From positions 1,488,001-1,552,000 of the forward strand of contig JANHCV010000007.1 in assembly GCA_025594325.1 (NCBI GenBank): 64,000 nt of DNA, given 5' to 3'. The stretch comes from Blastocladiella emersonii ATCC 22665. Taxonomy: Eukaryota; Fungi; Blastocladiomycota. Every line of letters begins with the position of its first letter. Position 1 is the stretch's first letter. The notes below the pieces were generated by a model, which did not search any database, was not told where the DNA came from, and saw only the letters and a program-made list of their open reading frames with translations. Both the position numbers and the translations under genes were made by a program. This document shows positions 27,610 through 39,292 of the stretch, in pieces.

Positions 27610-30600
27610 ATGGGTCTCCGCCAGTCGAGCATCCCCGACGACGGGTCGGCGTCGCGCGTCGCCCTCGCGCGGCTGGTGCGTGCCCTCGAGGACGAGCTCA
27701 CGCCGCGCCACGTCGCCCACCTAAGGCACACGTTCGAGGACCTGTGCGACGCCGTCCTCGAGTCGCCCGCCACCGCCGCGTCCGCGAGCATCCCGCGCGC
27801 ACCGCTCATGGTACGCGCGCGGCGCGGTGTCTGATCCTGAACGCGGCAGCGTGCTGACTGGACTGGACCATCGTAGCGCTCCATCGCCGCCCACCTCAGC
27901 GACCCGCACGCCACGCACCTGTACGGCCTGATCGCGTCGTACCACTGCGTCTCGGCCGCGCCGCACCACCGCAGCTCGCTGCCCGCCGTCGTCAACGGGA
28001 GCAGCACTAGCAGCCCGATGCGCCTCGCATCGCTCCCGCTGCGCGCCACCGTCACCAACCCGCGCCGCGCCCTGCAGCGGCACGTCCGGTCCGCGTCTGG
28101 GCCCGCGCACGCGCACGCGCGCTCGGCCGACGGCGGTGCGAAAGCGGGCGCGCACCAGGGCAAACAGCAGCAGCACCGGTCGGGCGCGTCGTCGGCGCCG
28201 CCAATAGGCGCTGCGGCGAACCGCCATGGCGCGCGAGGCGAGTCGGATACGCCTACTGTAACGTACCTCACGCTCCTCGCGTGCGTCACGCACGTCGTCG
28301 CGGGCGCCCATGTGCCGGGGCTTCCGCTCCATGTCGCGTCGGGACACCGCGCGTCCTACTCGCCGGCGCCGTCTGAATCGCCCTCCCCACCACCACCGGC
28401 CTCGTCGTCGCCGTGGAAGTCCAACTCGCCGTCGTCCAGGGGAAGCGCGCGTACACGAGCCGCGTCCAGCTCGCACTCGCCGTCGCCATCCCCTCCCCGC
28501 GCTTCGCCCGCACCGCCACCACCACCATCCTCGGGCGACTTAGCCGTGCCCATCGACCTGCACGCGCTCTCGGACCAGCAGCAGCAGACCCTACGCGCGC
28601 GGTTCGCGCAAACGACGCAGCTCGTCCTGGCGACGCGCCCGTCGCCCGTGCCCGGGACCTCCCCGCGGTTCCTCCTCCCCGGCGGCACCCACCCGCCGCT
28701 GTCCGCGATCCCGTGCACCGTCGACGACCTCGCACACGTCCTGCACCTCGTCGCCGCGCTGTGGACCGGCGCGCAGTCGCTCCACCACGCCGCGGCGTAC
28801 CGGTCGCAGGCGCAGCAGCAGCCGCACGGCGGCGGCGGGGCACGGACGACGGCGAGTCGAACGTTGCGATCCGTCCGCCCGTCGTCCGTGTTCAGCAGCA
28901 GCACCGACGGCGGTGCGTCACACGGCGGCGTCTTGGGGGATCAGGCGAGCAGTACCATGATGCAGGACATGGATATGCGCACGCTGCGCGGCGCGCACGA
29001 GCGCGATGGCCGCGCGTCGCTCGTCCCGCTCCGGTCCGCCGCGTCCATCGACGATGGGCGGTCGCTGTCCCTGTCGATCGCTACCGTGGGTGCGGCGTCC
29101 GGCCGGACCGCGGACGACGCCGCGCTTAATGCCGCCGAGACGGCGACGATCGCGTCGTCGACGCTTTCAGCCGGCGGCGGCGGCGGTGGACCTCGCGGTG
29201 GGGCAGCGACGGCGCCCGCGAGCCCGAACCTCCCACACGCCGCGGGCCCGCTCCACCCCGCGCACCCTCACCACGCACACCACCCGCCGCTGCCCCCGCA
29301 TCACCACCACCCGCACCACCACGACGCCGGGTCCACGGCACCGTCCGACGCCCTGTCGCGCCGCAGCCGCCGCGCCGGGTCCATGACCTCGACCACTGCC
29401 GTGTACCACCTGCGCATCGACCCCGAGACCGACGCCGCGTCGCACATGTCCCGCGGCGGCGGCGCGCTGGGCGACCGCGAGCGGGACCGGGACCGGGACC
29501 GCGACCGGTGGTCAATCCGCACCACGCCCGCGTCCGTCGCGAGTCCCGGCTACGTCGCTGCGTCGCGGCACCGCGGGAATGGAACGCATGCTGCGTTGGG
29601 CGAGCCAGCCGCCTCACCGTCATCGGCAGCGATCCAGGCCCTCGCCGAGCGCATGTGGTCGCTCGCCGCCGGCAGCACCGCGTCGGGCGCGACCATCGGG
29701 CATGCTACGCCGCCCGGCGCCCCGCCGCTCGCGACCGACTGGGACGCGGTCGCGCGGGTTCTTGCCGCGCAGCTGCCCGCCATGTGGCGCGTCTCGCTCG
29801 GCGCGTTCCTGCACGCCGCGTTTCTCGGCCCCGCCACCTCTCCGCCAGCAAGCGGGATTTCGACCAACGCGTCCGCGTGGCCCGCGCCCGTCGATGAGGA
29901 AGACCCCGTCTCGTTGTCGTCCCCGTGGCTCCCCGCGTCACCGACCGCGTCGACGCTGCAGTTCAGCGGGGGTCATTCGCGAGCCCAGCCTGCACCGTCG
30001 TCTACCGCGCCAGCCGCTGCGGGGCCCGGGTACGCCCTCGTCAACGATCCCGACACCGCGTGGATCCTGCACATGGCGCTCGGCGTCGCGCCACCTGCCA
30101 CCGCGCGCTCGTCGGCGACAACGAGCAGTGTGTTCCGTGCGACCGCGCACGGGTGGTCCGAGTCCGCGCTCGTTGACCGGCTCACTGCCGCCGCGGCAGG
30201 GACGATGGGGGAGGCAGCCGTCGCGCTCGTCTCGCTCGCGATGCCTGTCCTCGGCGCGACGATCCCGGAGACCCTCGTTCTCGCCGTCCCGCTCGCGCAG
30301 AGCGGTGGAACTTGGGCTGCGGCGGGACGCGCCGTGGCCGTTGCGCCCGCGGCTGACGTGCAGCACGTCCGCTCTACTGGAAGCGCGGCGGGCAGCGGTT
30401 TAGTCTCTGTCCCAGGCGTCCTCGCGGTCCCGCCGACGCTGCACCAGGCCGTCGTCACGCTCGCGAGCGGGACGTCCGCGGCGGCGGCCGCGGGGCTCGC
30501 GCTGCCGATCGACGCGGTCGCGGTGGCGGCGGGTGCCGGGACGGTCACGTTGCCGGTGCTTGAGGTCGAGGTGCTCCTGGTTGCGAACGGCGGCGGTGGG

Positions 30601-30624
30601 GTGGGAGCTGGGGCGGGGAATTGA
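27610..30624 (+). CDS. Large low-complexity protein with an MG..S N-terminus and a TLDc-like C-terminal segment (RTC5/MEAK7-like)
   Basis: MGLRQSS start; FRATAHGWSESALV..LVSL..LGATIP resembles the TLDc core. ORF 28018..30624 is reached after an intron near 27810-27876. Confidence 0.45.
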
Positions 30625-30862
30625 ATACATGGACTTTGCGTGTGTGATTATCGAGTTGATGTGAGGCGGTTTTTCAGCGACAAGTGAGGATGAGCTCAGG
30701 GATCATCGGCGCCAGCAACGAGAGACTCGATTGAGGATGAGCAATGTGGATCTATTCCACGCGACGCGCAGTCCGCGACCACGGCCACAACCAGCATCCC
30801 CGACAGCGCCCAAGCCGGCGCACGACCGCCCCGAACACCGCGCTGCGACGAGATCGTACGGA

Positions 30863-30919
30863 GGGCCGCACTCGCGCGGGCGACGCGGTCTTTTCACGGC
30901 GCCCGCGCGAGTGCGGCCC
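30863..30919. repeat. Perfect 20-bp inverted repeat (17-nt loop); diverged second copy at 32491-32545
   Basis: GGGCCGCACTCGCGCGGGCG (30863-82) and CGCCCGCGCGAGTGCGGCCC (30900-19). It sits in a block of about 115 bp duplicated at 32461-32576. Confidence 0.85.
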
Positions 30920-31499
30920 ATCAGTGCGGCGCGGGGCGGTCGGCGACGATCGAAATGGTGGTCGCGGCGGGCTGTGACCAAGTGCATGGCCGGCTTGGTA
31001 TTGAGCAGCGCGAAATCGTCGTGGTGCACGTCCGTGCACGAGAAAGTGAGCGACTGCAAATGGGTCTGATGAATGAAAGCCGGGTCGCAGTCCTGGGCCG
31101 TGAAGTTGCTGCAGCTCGAGTAGATGCAGCCGAGGCCAAGGACGAGTCGAGGATGTGCGCAGAGCAGCGGCCAGCGGTCTCGTGGGCGGAAATGTGCCTA
31201 ACGCGCCCAGGAATCGCACCGCGCGGATTTCCGACGAGCAACGGCGAACCAGATTTGGAGCCACGTAGAAGCTAAGTGGAACACGGCGGCGGCAGTGAGT
31301 TCGGGCGTCTCCGTAAATACCGACTTCTCAGACACGCAGGTGCCAGAGCGGCGCACGTACGAGATGTCCTTACGAAACGGGCAACCGAGTTGACCACCGC
31401 AGAGCGCACTGGGAGACGGCTCGACGAGCAGAAAAATGCCATTCAGCATGAACTCGGTCGTGAAAACCATCGCACTAGGCGCGGAGACTCGCGTGTGTC

Positions 31500-32900
31500 A
31501 GACTGCAACTGCCCCCACTCCGACGTGGTACACGCGCGCAACTCGTACCTGGTCAACGGTCACCACCGTGCGCAAACGCATCGGGCTCATAATTGGACGC
31601 TTTTTCGAGGTGGTAAACCATGTGACCGTAAGAGCCGGTAGCGCCGATCCTCGCAGCATCGCGCCAGTCGGAGAACGATGCGATTTCGTCGGAGCGGAGC
31701 AGCGCGCTCGGCCAAAGTCAACAATCTCGACGCAGCTGCTCAATGCATAAAGTGATACATGGAAAGGTGTGCAAAATTTCATTGAAGAGCTGCGAGGGGG
31801 AAAGCTGGTGCCGCGGCGACTTGGCGCGCCCCGACGGGAACGCATGTTTCACAGTTGCTCCATCACGTGCGGTTGAACAACGCGTCCCCTCCCGAGCAAA
31901 ACGTGAAGCGTACGTGTGTTCGCTCAGATGTCGCGCGTAACTCATGCGAAACATGTACCAGGAACGCATTTGCATGGAGCTCTTCCCCCGTCGCTGGGCC
32001 ACAGACATCGGCGAGGCCCAACCGCGTAAGGCGCGGCAGAATGTTACAGGCAATTCGCCCTCAAGCGCAACAGTCCCCAAGACACTGGTTCTGAGCAACG
32101 GCAGTATCTAGACCACGGCGGAACGCGCTGCGGTCGCTGCGCCCACCGCAGGCGAGCAGCACGTCCGCGTCGCGGCCTCGGGATGAAACGTGGCGGACGG
32201 TATATTCTCGGTGTAAGGCGTGCTCTCGGTGACTTATTTAATGTATGTAGACGGCGTTAAGTTATGTAAGTCCTCCTCCGCTCAGGCATGATCTCAAGGT
32301 CTTCACATGCGAGGAGCTCAAAGATTGATGCGACCGCGAGTCGAGCAAAGCCGCGCGAGTTTATTGACGACAGTCCAATTCTCGTCCAAGAGCCGCGACT
32401 TTCAGCAATATCTGAGGCCAAGATCTCCAAAACAACGTTAAGGCCGCCGTACTGCCGCCCAACACCGCGCTACGACAAGGCTGAACAAAAGGCCACACTC
32501 GCGCGGGCGACGCGGTCTCTTCACGGCGCCCGCGCGAGAGCGGCCCGACAGCGCGGCGCGGGACGGTCGGCGAAGCTTGAAACGGTAGTGGGCTTGCCCT
32601 CACTGGCAGTGAAGTTGACACCCGACATGAAATTCGAAAGCGTCGGCGGCAGAGATGCAAGCAACGTCGCTCCAGTTGGTGAGCGACACGGTTCCATCGG
32701 CAAGTCCAGCGAGCCCGGGCCCTGTCACATTCTTCGAAGCAGCTGTTCAATGCATGGAGTGATTCATAGCAATATGTGCAAGAGTTCGGTGAAGAACTGC
32801 GAGGGGAGCCGGGCGCCGCGGCGACTTTGCAGGGAACCGGGCGGCAGGCCAGGCGGCAGGCGGCGTTTCACATGTCACAGCCCCTCACTTGTTGTGATCG
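31500..32900 (-). pseudogene. Decayed duplicated segments, probably remnants of related genes
   Basis: 31740-31830 aligns by eye with 32748-32835. Many stops; no intact ORF. Confidence 0.3.
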
Positions 32901-32955
32901 ACGCGTCTCCTCTCCGCTCGTCCGCCCATCAGAGACACGTGTCCCAAACATGCTT

Positions 32956-34436
32956 TCATTCAGTTATCACCTCGACCTCCCCCGCAAAGTGCGCCAAAAA
33001 CGCACCCAGATCAAGTGCTTCCCCCGTCCCTGCATCCGTGACGTTAACGAAGCCAAGGTCTGTGACCTGTGGCGGGAGGTGGTTCATGATGGCGTTCAGC
33101 CCGATTTGGGTGGGTCGAGCCCCGCTTAGGTCCAAGTAATCGAGCTTTGGCGGTACGTGTGCCATGAGGGCACAGATCGCCGTGTCGCCCGCACCGATAT
33201 CAGCGAAATCGAGCGAGATCAGCGTCGGCGGAAGCGGGCCTTGCGCGAGCATGGCCGCGCCGCGGTCCCCTATGGGATTATCACCGAGCCGAAGGTGCTC
33301 CAGCCGCAACGACCGAAGGTAGTGAACGAGTACGCTGGCGGCGACCTCGTCGATGCCGTTGCCGCTCAACTCCAAGAAGGTTAGACTAGCGGGAAGGTGC
33401 GGAGCTAGCTGCGCAATGCCCTCTGAACCGATTTGACACCCCTCCAGCACAAGTCGACTGAGTTGCGGTGGCATGTACTGAGTCAGTATGGGAACGCAGT
33501 CGCCTGTGCCCTCGAAACCAGACGAGAGATCCAAAGCCCAAAGCGATTGAGGAATCCAGCGGAATAGAGCCTCGACATCTTCCTTGTTGTCGGACGAGTT
33601 GATATGGATCGACAGGTGCCCGAGTTCTGAAGGAAATGGAGAAGGGCCAGTGTGTTCGACCGCTCCTTCGCAACACCAATTGTGCGGTAGGATCAATCGT
33701 GTCACACTTTCCGGGAGCTGCAGCGCGTAAAGAATGGGAAAGGTGATGTCGCAAGCGAAAAGGCGAACTTCGCCGACCGGTGAACGAGGCATCGCACGAG
33801 CAAGCGCTTCGGCGCCCATCTTGGTGATGCGCAATCCGCTAAGGTCAACGTGATCTACGGCGCCATTCATAAGCTCGGGTAAAAGTTGCTGAATGCGTGC
33901 GTCTCCTGGCGCATCGTCGTACTGAACAAGTTGCTACAACCTGCGGTGGTCAGAGCGTGTGCGTCGTAGGTCATTTTCACCTGAAGTGAGCGCACGTAAT
34001 TGCCCTCTCCATCGTCACCCGCGTAATGCCCGCACAACCCATTGAAGTGCACTTGAACTTCGCGCTCGACCATGCAAGCAGGAAGCGGAAGATCGGAACG
34101 CCGCCACCAGTCGAGCGTCTTGTACGATTGCGACGCGGCAGTGATCGCGCGTTCCGTGTACTCGAGGGGCCGCCCTGAACGGCGCCACGTATCAAGCACG
34201 TTGAGGTGGCCCGTCGCACTGGTCTCGTCAACGGAGATGGACATGATGTGATCTTGGATTGCGCGGTAAACGCGTGGAGCATTCGCGCGAGGCAGGACCC
34301 GGCTGTACTGCAGCAAGGCCGGGACGTCGTCCGGGTCGTGCGTCCAGACGGCAAAGAATAGGATGCGTTCGAGGGCCAAGTCGGGCATTGCAGGCAGTCC
34401 TGTTTTCATTGGATTCATTTTCATGGCGCTGGACAT
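32956..34436 (-). CDS. Ankyrin-like plus RNI-like LRR protein, paralogue of the 9496 gene, apparently intact (2 exons)
   Basis: ERILFFAVW..LLQYSRVLP..GHLNVLDTWRRSG..LDWWRRSDL matches the 9496 N-terminus. An intron near 33995-33933 joins it to the LRR ORF 32956..33870. Confidence 0.68.
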
Positions 34437-34849
34437 GAGCGCGGAGAGAGAACCCCTGGCATAGAGATGGGTGCGGGGCTCTGCCCAAAGCTATAGTGAC
34501 CGCGATTTCGTGGCAACGCTCGTCACATGACCCGATCATGTTTTCACCGATGGCATCACCGGCCGTGGCTAGTCTCGGAGCCAGACCCTTTCCACGTGTG
34601 GCGCGCCGTTGGACCTGCCAAACGCGTCAGAGTGGCGCTCGGGCTGACCGTGAATACGGGTCGTGCCGATGCCGCCGCGGCCCCCGCGACGTGCCGACCG
34701 CTCGCCGACCCTCAGCATCCGCTCTGGGAAATGGTGTCCATGGAGCCATCTCCGACTGTGGGCAAAGTCATCGCTTCAGTGGGCATCGGCTGCCCACGGC
34801 TACAGGTGGACCACCGTCGCTTGCTTGAGCTCTCACTCTCCTCGCTCCC

Positions 34850-35185
34850 ATGCATTTGGCGAAGAACATAATGAATCAAGCTTACATCTTTCTGACGTGG
34901 GAAAACTACCAGTACCTGCTACCGCTCCGCAGCGAGGACTTACATCGTGTGCGCTCACACGACCCGCGGGACCCCATCGGCCGCGCGAACCTGATCGTCA
35001 GCCTCGCCAAGTGGGGCATGCGCGAGGATGTGAACACTCTCGATTCGGCGCGCCCCGCGCTGCACGACCCCGAGGCGCGGGCGTGCATCGACATGATGAT
35101 CGAGGCGGTGCGCGCCCGCGGATTTGCGACCATCGACCACGCGCGCGAAGACTGGGGCGCGGCGTTGCACGATGAGTGGTTCTAG
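34850..35185 (+). CDS. Hypothetical small protein
   Basis: 111-aa ORF with coding-like GC3 bias. No motif recognised. Confidence 0.3.
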   Translation: MHLAKNIMNQAYIFLTWENYQYLLPLRSEDLHRVRSHDPRDPIGRANLIVSLAKWGMREDVNTLDSARPALHDPEARACIDMMIEAVRARGFATIDHAREDWGAALHDEWF

Positions 35186-35799
35186 TTCGCAATGGAGGAC
35201 ACCACCGACTACTTTCACCTGTTCCATGGGTTCCTCATTGAGATTGAGCTCATGCAGCTCGGGGAGGAGGAGGAGGCGGCCGACTCCGCGTCAAACGGCG
35301 AGGAGGACGTACGACTTGGGCAACAACGCGGATGAAGACGACTGGGGGAGCGACAATGATGGCGTGGCCTGAGCACTCGTCCTTGGCTCGCCCGGCAGGC
35401 CGCTTTGGCGGCCAAGCGTGGTCAAGAGCCGCCAAAGGAGGGAGCGCGTGTGATGGCGGCGCGTGCTTGTGTCGTGTAACATATCCATATAACCCGACTT
35501 TCTGTGTACAAATAAACAGTCGGTCTCGTCGTGCTTCCCGTCTCCTCCACGCGAAACCCGTTCAAAGGCGAGGCGGACGGGGATGAGAGATGTGGCGCAG
35601 CCACAACTCAGAGTCGATCACAGGTCACGCTGTGGCGCAGCGCGTCTCCGCTACTCGTGTACAGCACGCAGCCCAACTAGGCGACGCTCTCGATGCTGCA
35701 GGACCTCGACATCGAGTGCAGGAATCGCGGCCTGATCGTCAACTCGCACGGGTGCAGCCTCACCGCGTTCACCTTGCTGCCGCGCTGGATGCTCACTCA

Positions 35800-37751
35800 C
35801 ACGTAATTCTCGCTTTGTATAGTTACGACGGCGCGTTTTCGAGCTTCATCGAGGTGAACTACACGGATTCGGTCGCACACCAGCGCATCCTCAAGAGCGA
35901 GACGCCGCTCCAACTCTCGCACGTGGGCCTGAAGCTCAGCGACGACCCCGCGGCCGCTGCGGCCGGCAACATGTCCGGGCCACATGGACTCGGAATGCTC
36001 TCGCCAACTACACCGTCCCGACTTGCTAAGCAGTGCTGGGCGGTCCTGAATGCGATGAAGCAGCGTTCGGGGGTTCTCAAAGGTCATATCCCTGCCCGAG
36101 ATGATATGGTTCCTCGTCCCGGCCCGACCCAACTTCGAGACAGCCAAGCTGACCATGCTCCATCCACTTGGCGCGGGCGGCCGACCGAACCCAACCCCAT
36201 CTCCCGACGCTGCGCTGTCCGCCGTGTCGCCCGTCAACGATTTCAACGCAACTTCGTTGTTCGGAAAGAAGGTCGCCAAGTTCGAGGCCGCCATTGCGCA
36301 GGCGCTCGATGCTCATGGCCATGGCGACGGCGCGAGCGCACCAGGGCCGACTCCCGCCTGCATCGAGCACAAGTCGCGTGTCCTCGCTCAAGCACTCGCC
36401 GTGCTCGCCGTCTTGGGCAAGAACACCGGGTTCCAACGGAGATAGCGAGCTGGCGAAGGTGCGCGCACTCGTCGTCGAGCTTCTGGCAGACGCGATGATG
36501 GAGATTCTCGCCCGCGACGGAGCCAAGATTCGCGGCGGCTACTGGGGCCATTCGGGTCTTGGTCCCGAGGGTAATCGGTGGGCGCCGTCGCCGCGCTTTC
36601 ATCCCGCTCATCGACCACTCACACCTTGCGAAACGCGCGGTTCCGCAGGTGTTCGCTGCGACGTGCGACGCGACGGCGCCCGTGCCCACGATCCCCACCG
36701 AAGTGCGCGCGACGCTCGATCCAGCGCTACGATCCAGCGCTACTTGAGCGGCGCGATGGTGAGGGCAGCGTGCTGCGCCGCCTCAAAATCTTCCATCCAG
36801 GCGGTCCGTACAACAGCAAATGGGAGAAGCGCGACACGCAGAACGAAACCAAGGCGATGCGCCTGATCCAGCCCGACGTGATCAACGCGCTCAAGGAAAA
36901 CGCGGATGTGCTGAAAGTCCGGGGCGGCGGCGGAGGGGTCACCCAGACCGACCGAGGAGGAGCGCGACGGCGAGACCGGGCTCAACTTTGACACGTCGGT
37001 CGGGTACATGATGCTGATCGAGTCGGTCGAGGTCCTCATCAACATGGCTCCGGGCACGGGCACGGTCGACGAGAACAAGCAGCTGTGGGCCAACCTGCGC
37101 GCGTACAGCACAAACGCGGTCGAGGGCTACTCTTCGTCGATCAAGACGATTGGCAGGCGCAACGGCCGCGGGATCCGGCTCAGCACAGCGACCGACATTG
37201 CGATCATGGTGGCAAAGCAAGATGAACTGGAGCGACAAAACCTCGCAACGGCCGAGGAGCTCAGGTACACGACGCTCGTGCAGAGCCGTCACTCCAGCTA
37301 CGCGAACCGACGTGACGACGAGCGAGCCGAGGAGCGGGCCAACAAGCTCGCGGCTGGCGATGCTGCAGCTCACGCGGCGACCGGCGGGGTCGTGGACCAT
37401 TTATCCGACTCCGTGGTTGCGCCCGCGACACCCGTGGCAGGTGACAGCGCGCGCGACGTGGCCGAGGTCGAGTACAGCAACGTGGCGTACGAGCCCTCTG
37501 CCTACGTCGACGATTTTGGCAACCTGTGCGGCCCCACGCTGACCGAGAAGGACGACAAGCTCGCGTTCCTGTGCGCCGACGCGCTGACCAAGGAGTACGA
37601 CGAGCTCGCGGCCTGCATGCATGGTGACACGTCCGACCCCGCAGCATACGATCTCAGCGCGCCGCACATGCCAATGTCGTACGGCGAGGGCGACAGCAGC
37701 AGCGAGGCGGACGCCGAGGAGTACGTATTTGCTACGTACCGCGTTTGCTGA
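35800..37751 (+). pseudogene. Frameshifted unknown gene whose 3' end is interrupted by the viral element
   Basis: Coding-like segments hop between frames, including a 13-bp tandem duplication GATCCAGCGCTAC at 36718-36743. The last ORF, 37008..37751, stops on the element's first bases (TGA). Confidence 0.4.
37744..37748. repeat. Left target-site duplication TTTGC (right copy TTTCC at 55583-55587)
   Basis: 5-bp flanks match 4/5. Removing the element plus one copy restores an open frame (RVC-YVCAG..). Confidence 0.6.
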
Positions 37752-37774
37752 GGTATCCTTATAAGGATACCTCA
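37749..37774. repeat. Perfect 26-bp terminal palindrome TGAGGTATCCTTATAAGGATACCTCA (also 55557-55582)
   Basis: The sequence equals its own reverse complement and forms the outermost bases of both TIRs. Confidence 0.97.
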
Positions 37775-38100
37775 GGATAGGATTAAATGGCTATAGAGGT
37801 AGATGTGGTTAGGTCTATCCCTGGGGACGCCCGTCAGAAACATCCCCAGGGATGCGCGCGCGCCCGCAGCCACGAAGTGGCGGAGGGTCCTCACGTGATA
37901 AGTCGACGCGTCTCCAAGTGTCTCGCGGCCCACGTGACGGTCATCTGATCCGCGACGCGTCTCGAAATGACTTTGCGATTATTCGATGAATTGAAATCCA
38001 CGACGGGCATGGGCGATATTGGCAAACGTCTATGAATCCGTCGGCGCGGTGGGGAAATGGTGAGTCGGTTGGTGAGAGTATTGGTGAGGTCGGTGAGAGT

Positions 38101-38245
38101 GTGTCCCTGTGTCCCAGTGTCCCAGCGATTTTCACTTGTAGCTCGTATTTTGAACTGAAAACAGCATACTAACTAAGTATGTTAGTTATATTTTTCAAAT
38201 TTATAAAAAAGAATATTTAGCTGGGACACTGGGACACTGGGACAC
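38101..38245. promoter_or_regulatory. Origin-like module: 3x GTGTCCCW, 96-bp AT-rich core, 3x WGGGACAC (mirror copy 55086-55230; extra copy 38408-38552)
   Basis: Inverted 8-bp iteron arrays are directly visible. Function is inferred. Confidence 0.6.
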
Positions 38246-39292
38246 AAGTAGGTTGATAGAGTAGACGGCCATTTGGTAGTGGGTTCAGTCGTCATAGTCC
38301 ATGCCATCTGAGAAGCGGGCGCGGCGGATTTCCAGGTCACTGGGCGATCCAGCTGTGGGACCGAGTGAGTCAGTCAGTGAGAGTATCGATGAGGGTCGGT
38401 GCGATCTGTGTCCCAGTGTCCCAGTGTCCCAGCACCTTTCACTTGTAGCTCGTATTTTGAACTGAAAACAACATACATACTAAGTATGTTACTTTTTTTT
38501 CTTAAATTTATAGAAAAGAATATTTAGCTGGGACACAGGGACACAGGGACACAAGTAGGTTGATAGAGTAGGCGGCGAAAGTGGAAGTGAAGTGAAGTGA
38601 AAGTCGGTCCACCAAGCCACGCGTGATCACCAGCCACCCCCATGTAATTATCGATGACCAAGCGGTTCATAATCGACCTCGCCCCACCGCTTGCCAAGCT
38701 CATTACCAAGGCCTTGATTGAGCAGGCTTGGCGTGGAGATTCACTGCTTGCGTCCCTATAGCGGGTTGAGTAACTGCCTTGTTGCTGCAACGAAAGACCC
38801 CTATAAGAACCAAGTACGGCCCGCCTCGTCCACGCTCTCTCATGGCTTTGGTCATCACTCCCTCCTCGCCCTTTGCAGATGCTTGATCATAGGTGGTGCA
38901 CCATCATGTAAAAGTTTCTGCACTGGTTTGGCCAGGTTCATTGCATGGAGTCGCGAACTATGCCTTGGATCTGGCCCTCCCTTTGTTTGGTGCTGTGTGG
39001 TTTGACGAGTTTTTTGGGACTTGTGCGTTTACGATTTGGCGTGCTGTGTGGAAAGAGATTTTGCTTGCGTATTTGTGTAATCAAACGACAATGACGCCGT
39101 CGCCGCGTTCTCTGGTTCGTTCTTGTGACTGGCCACCACAGGAATGGATTGTGGAGCGCGGCGACAGTCCAAAGGGCGGGACTGGCCACCCCGTTCTGGA
39201 TGCTGAGTCCCCATTGCTACTTTACGTCCATGTTGCGATCGCGTTTGACGAGTCACGTTTGGCAAATTTAGTGCCGCGAAACTCTAAGAATA

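Larger units (their letters stand above)
37749..38359 (+). repeat. Left terminal inverted repeat (611 bp)
   Basis: Reverse complement of 54972-55582. In the stretches compared by eye, only two 1-nt indels were found, both in the inner ~80 bp. Confidence 0.97.

Noticed and set aside
30863-30919. Helitron 3' end
   Set aside because: No CTRR terminus at the expected distance on either strand and no RepHel gene.
37941-38135. Identical 64-aa ORF at both ends (also 55196..55390)
   Set aside because: A by-product of TIR symmetry. It starts at a non-ATG codon within the iteron region.
38101-38552. CRISPR-like array
   Set aside because: Repeats are 8 bp and contiguous, with no unique spacers or cas genes, in a eukaryotic context.
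38570-39290. Several short overlapping ORFs at the left end of the element
   Set aside because: No motifs and conflicting frames, so no call is supportable.
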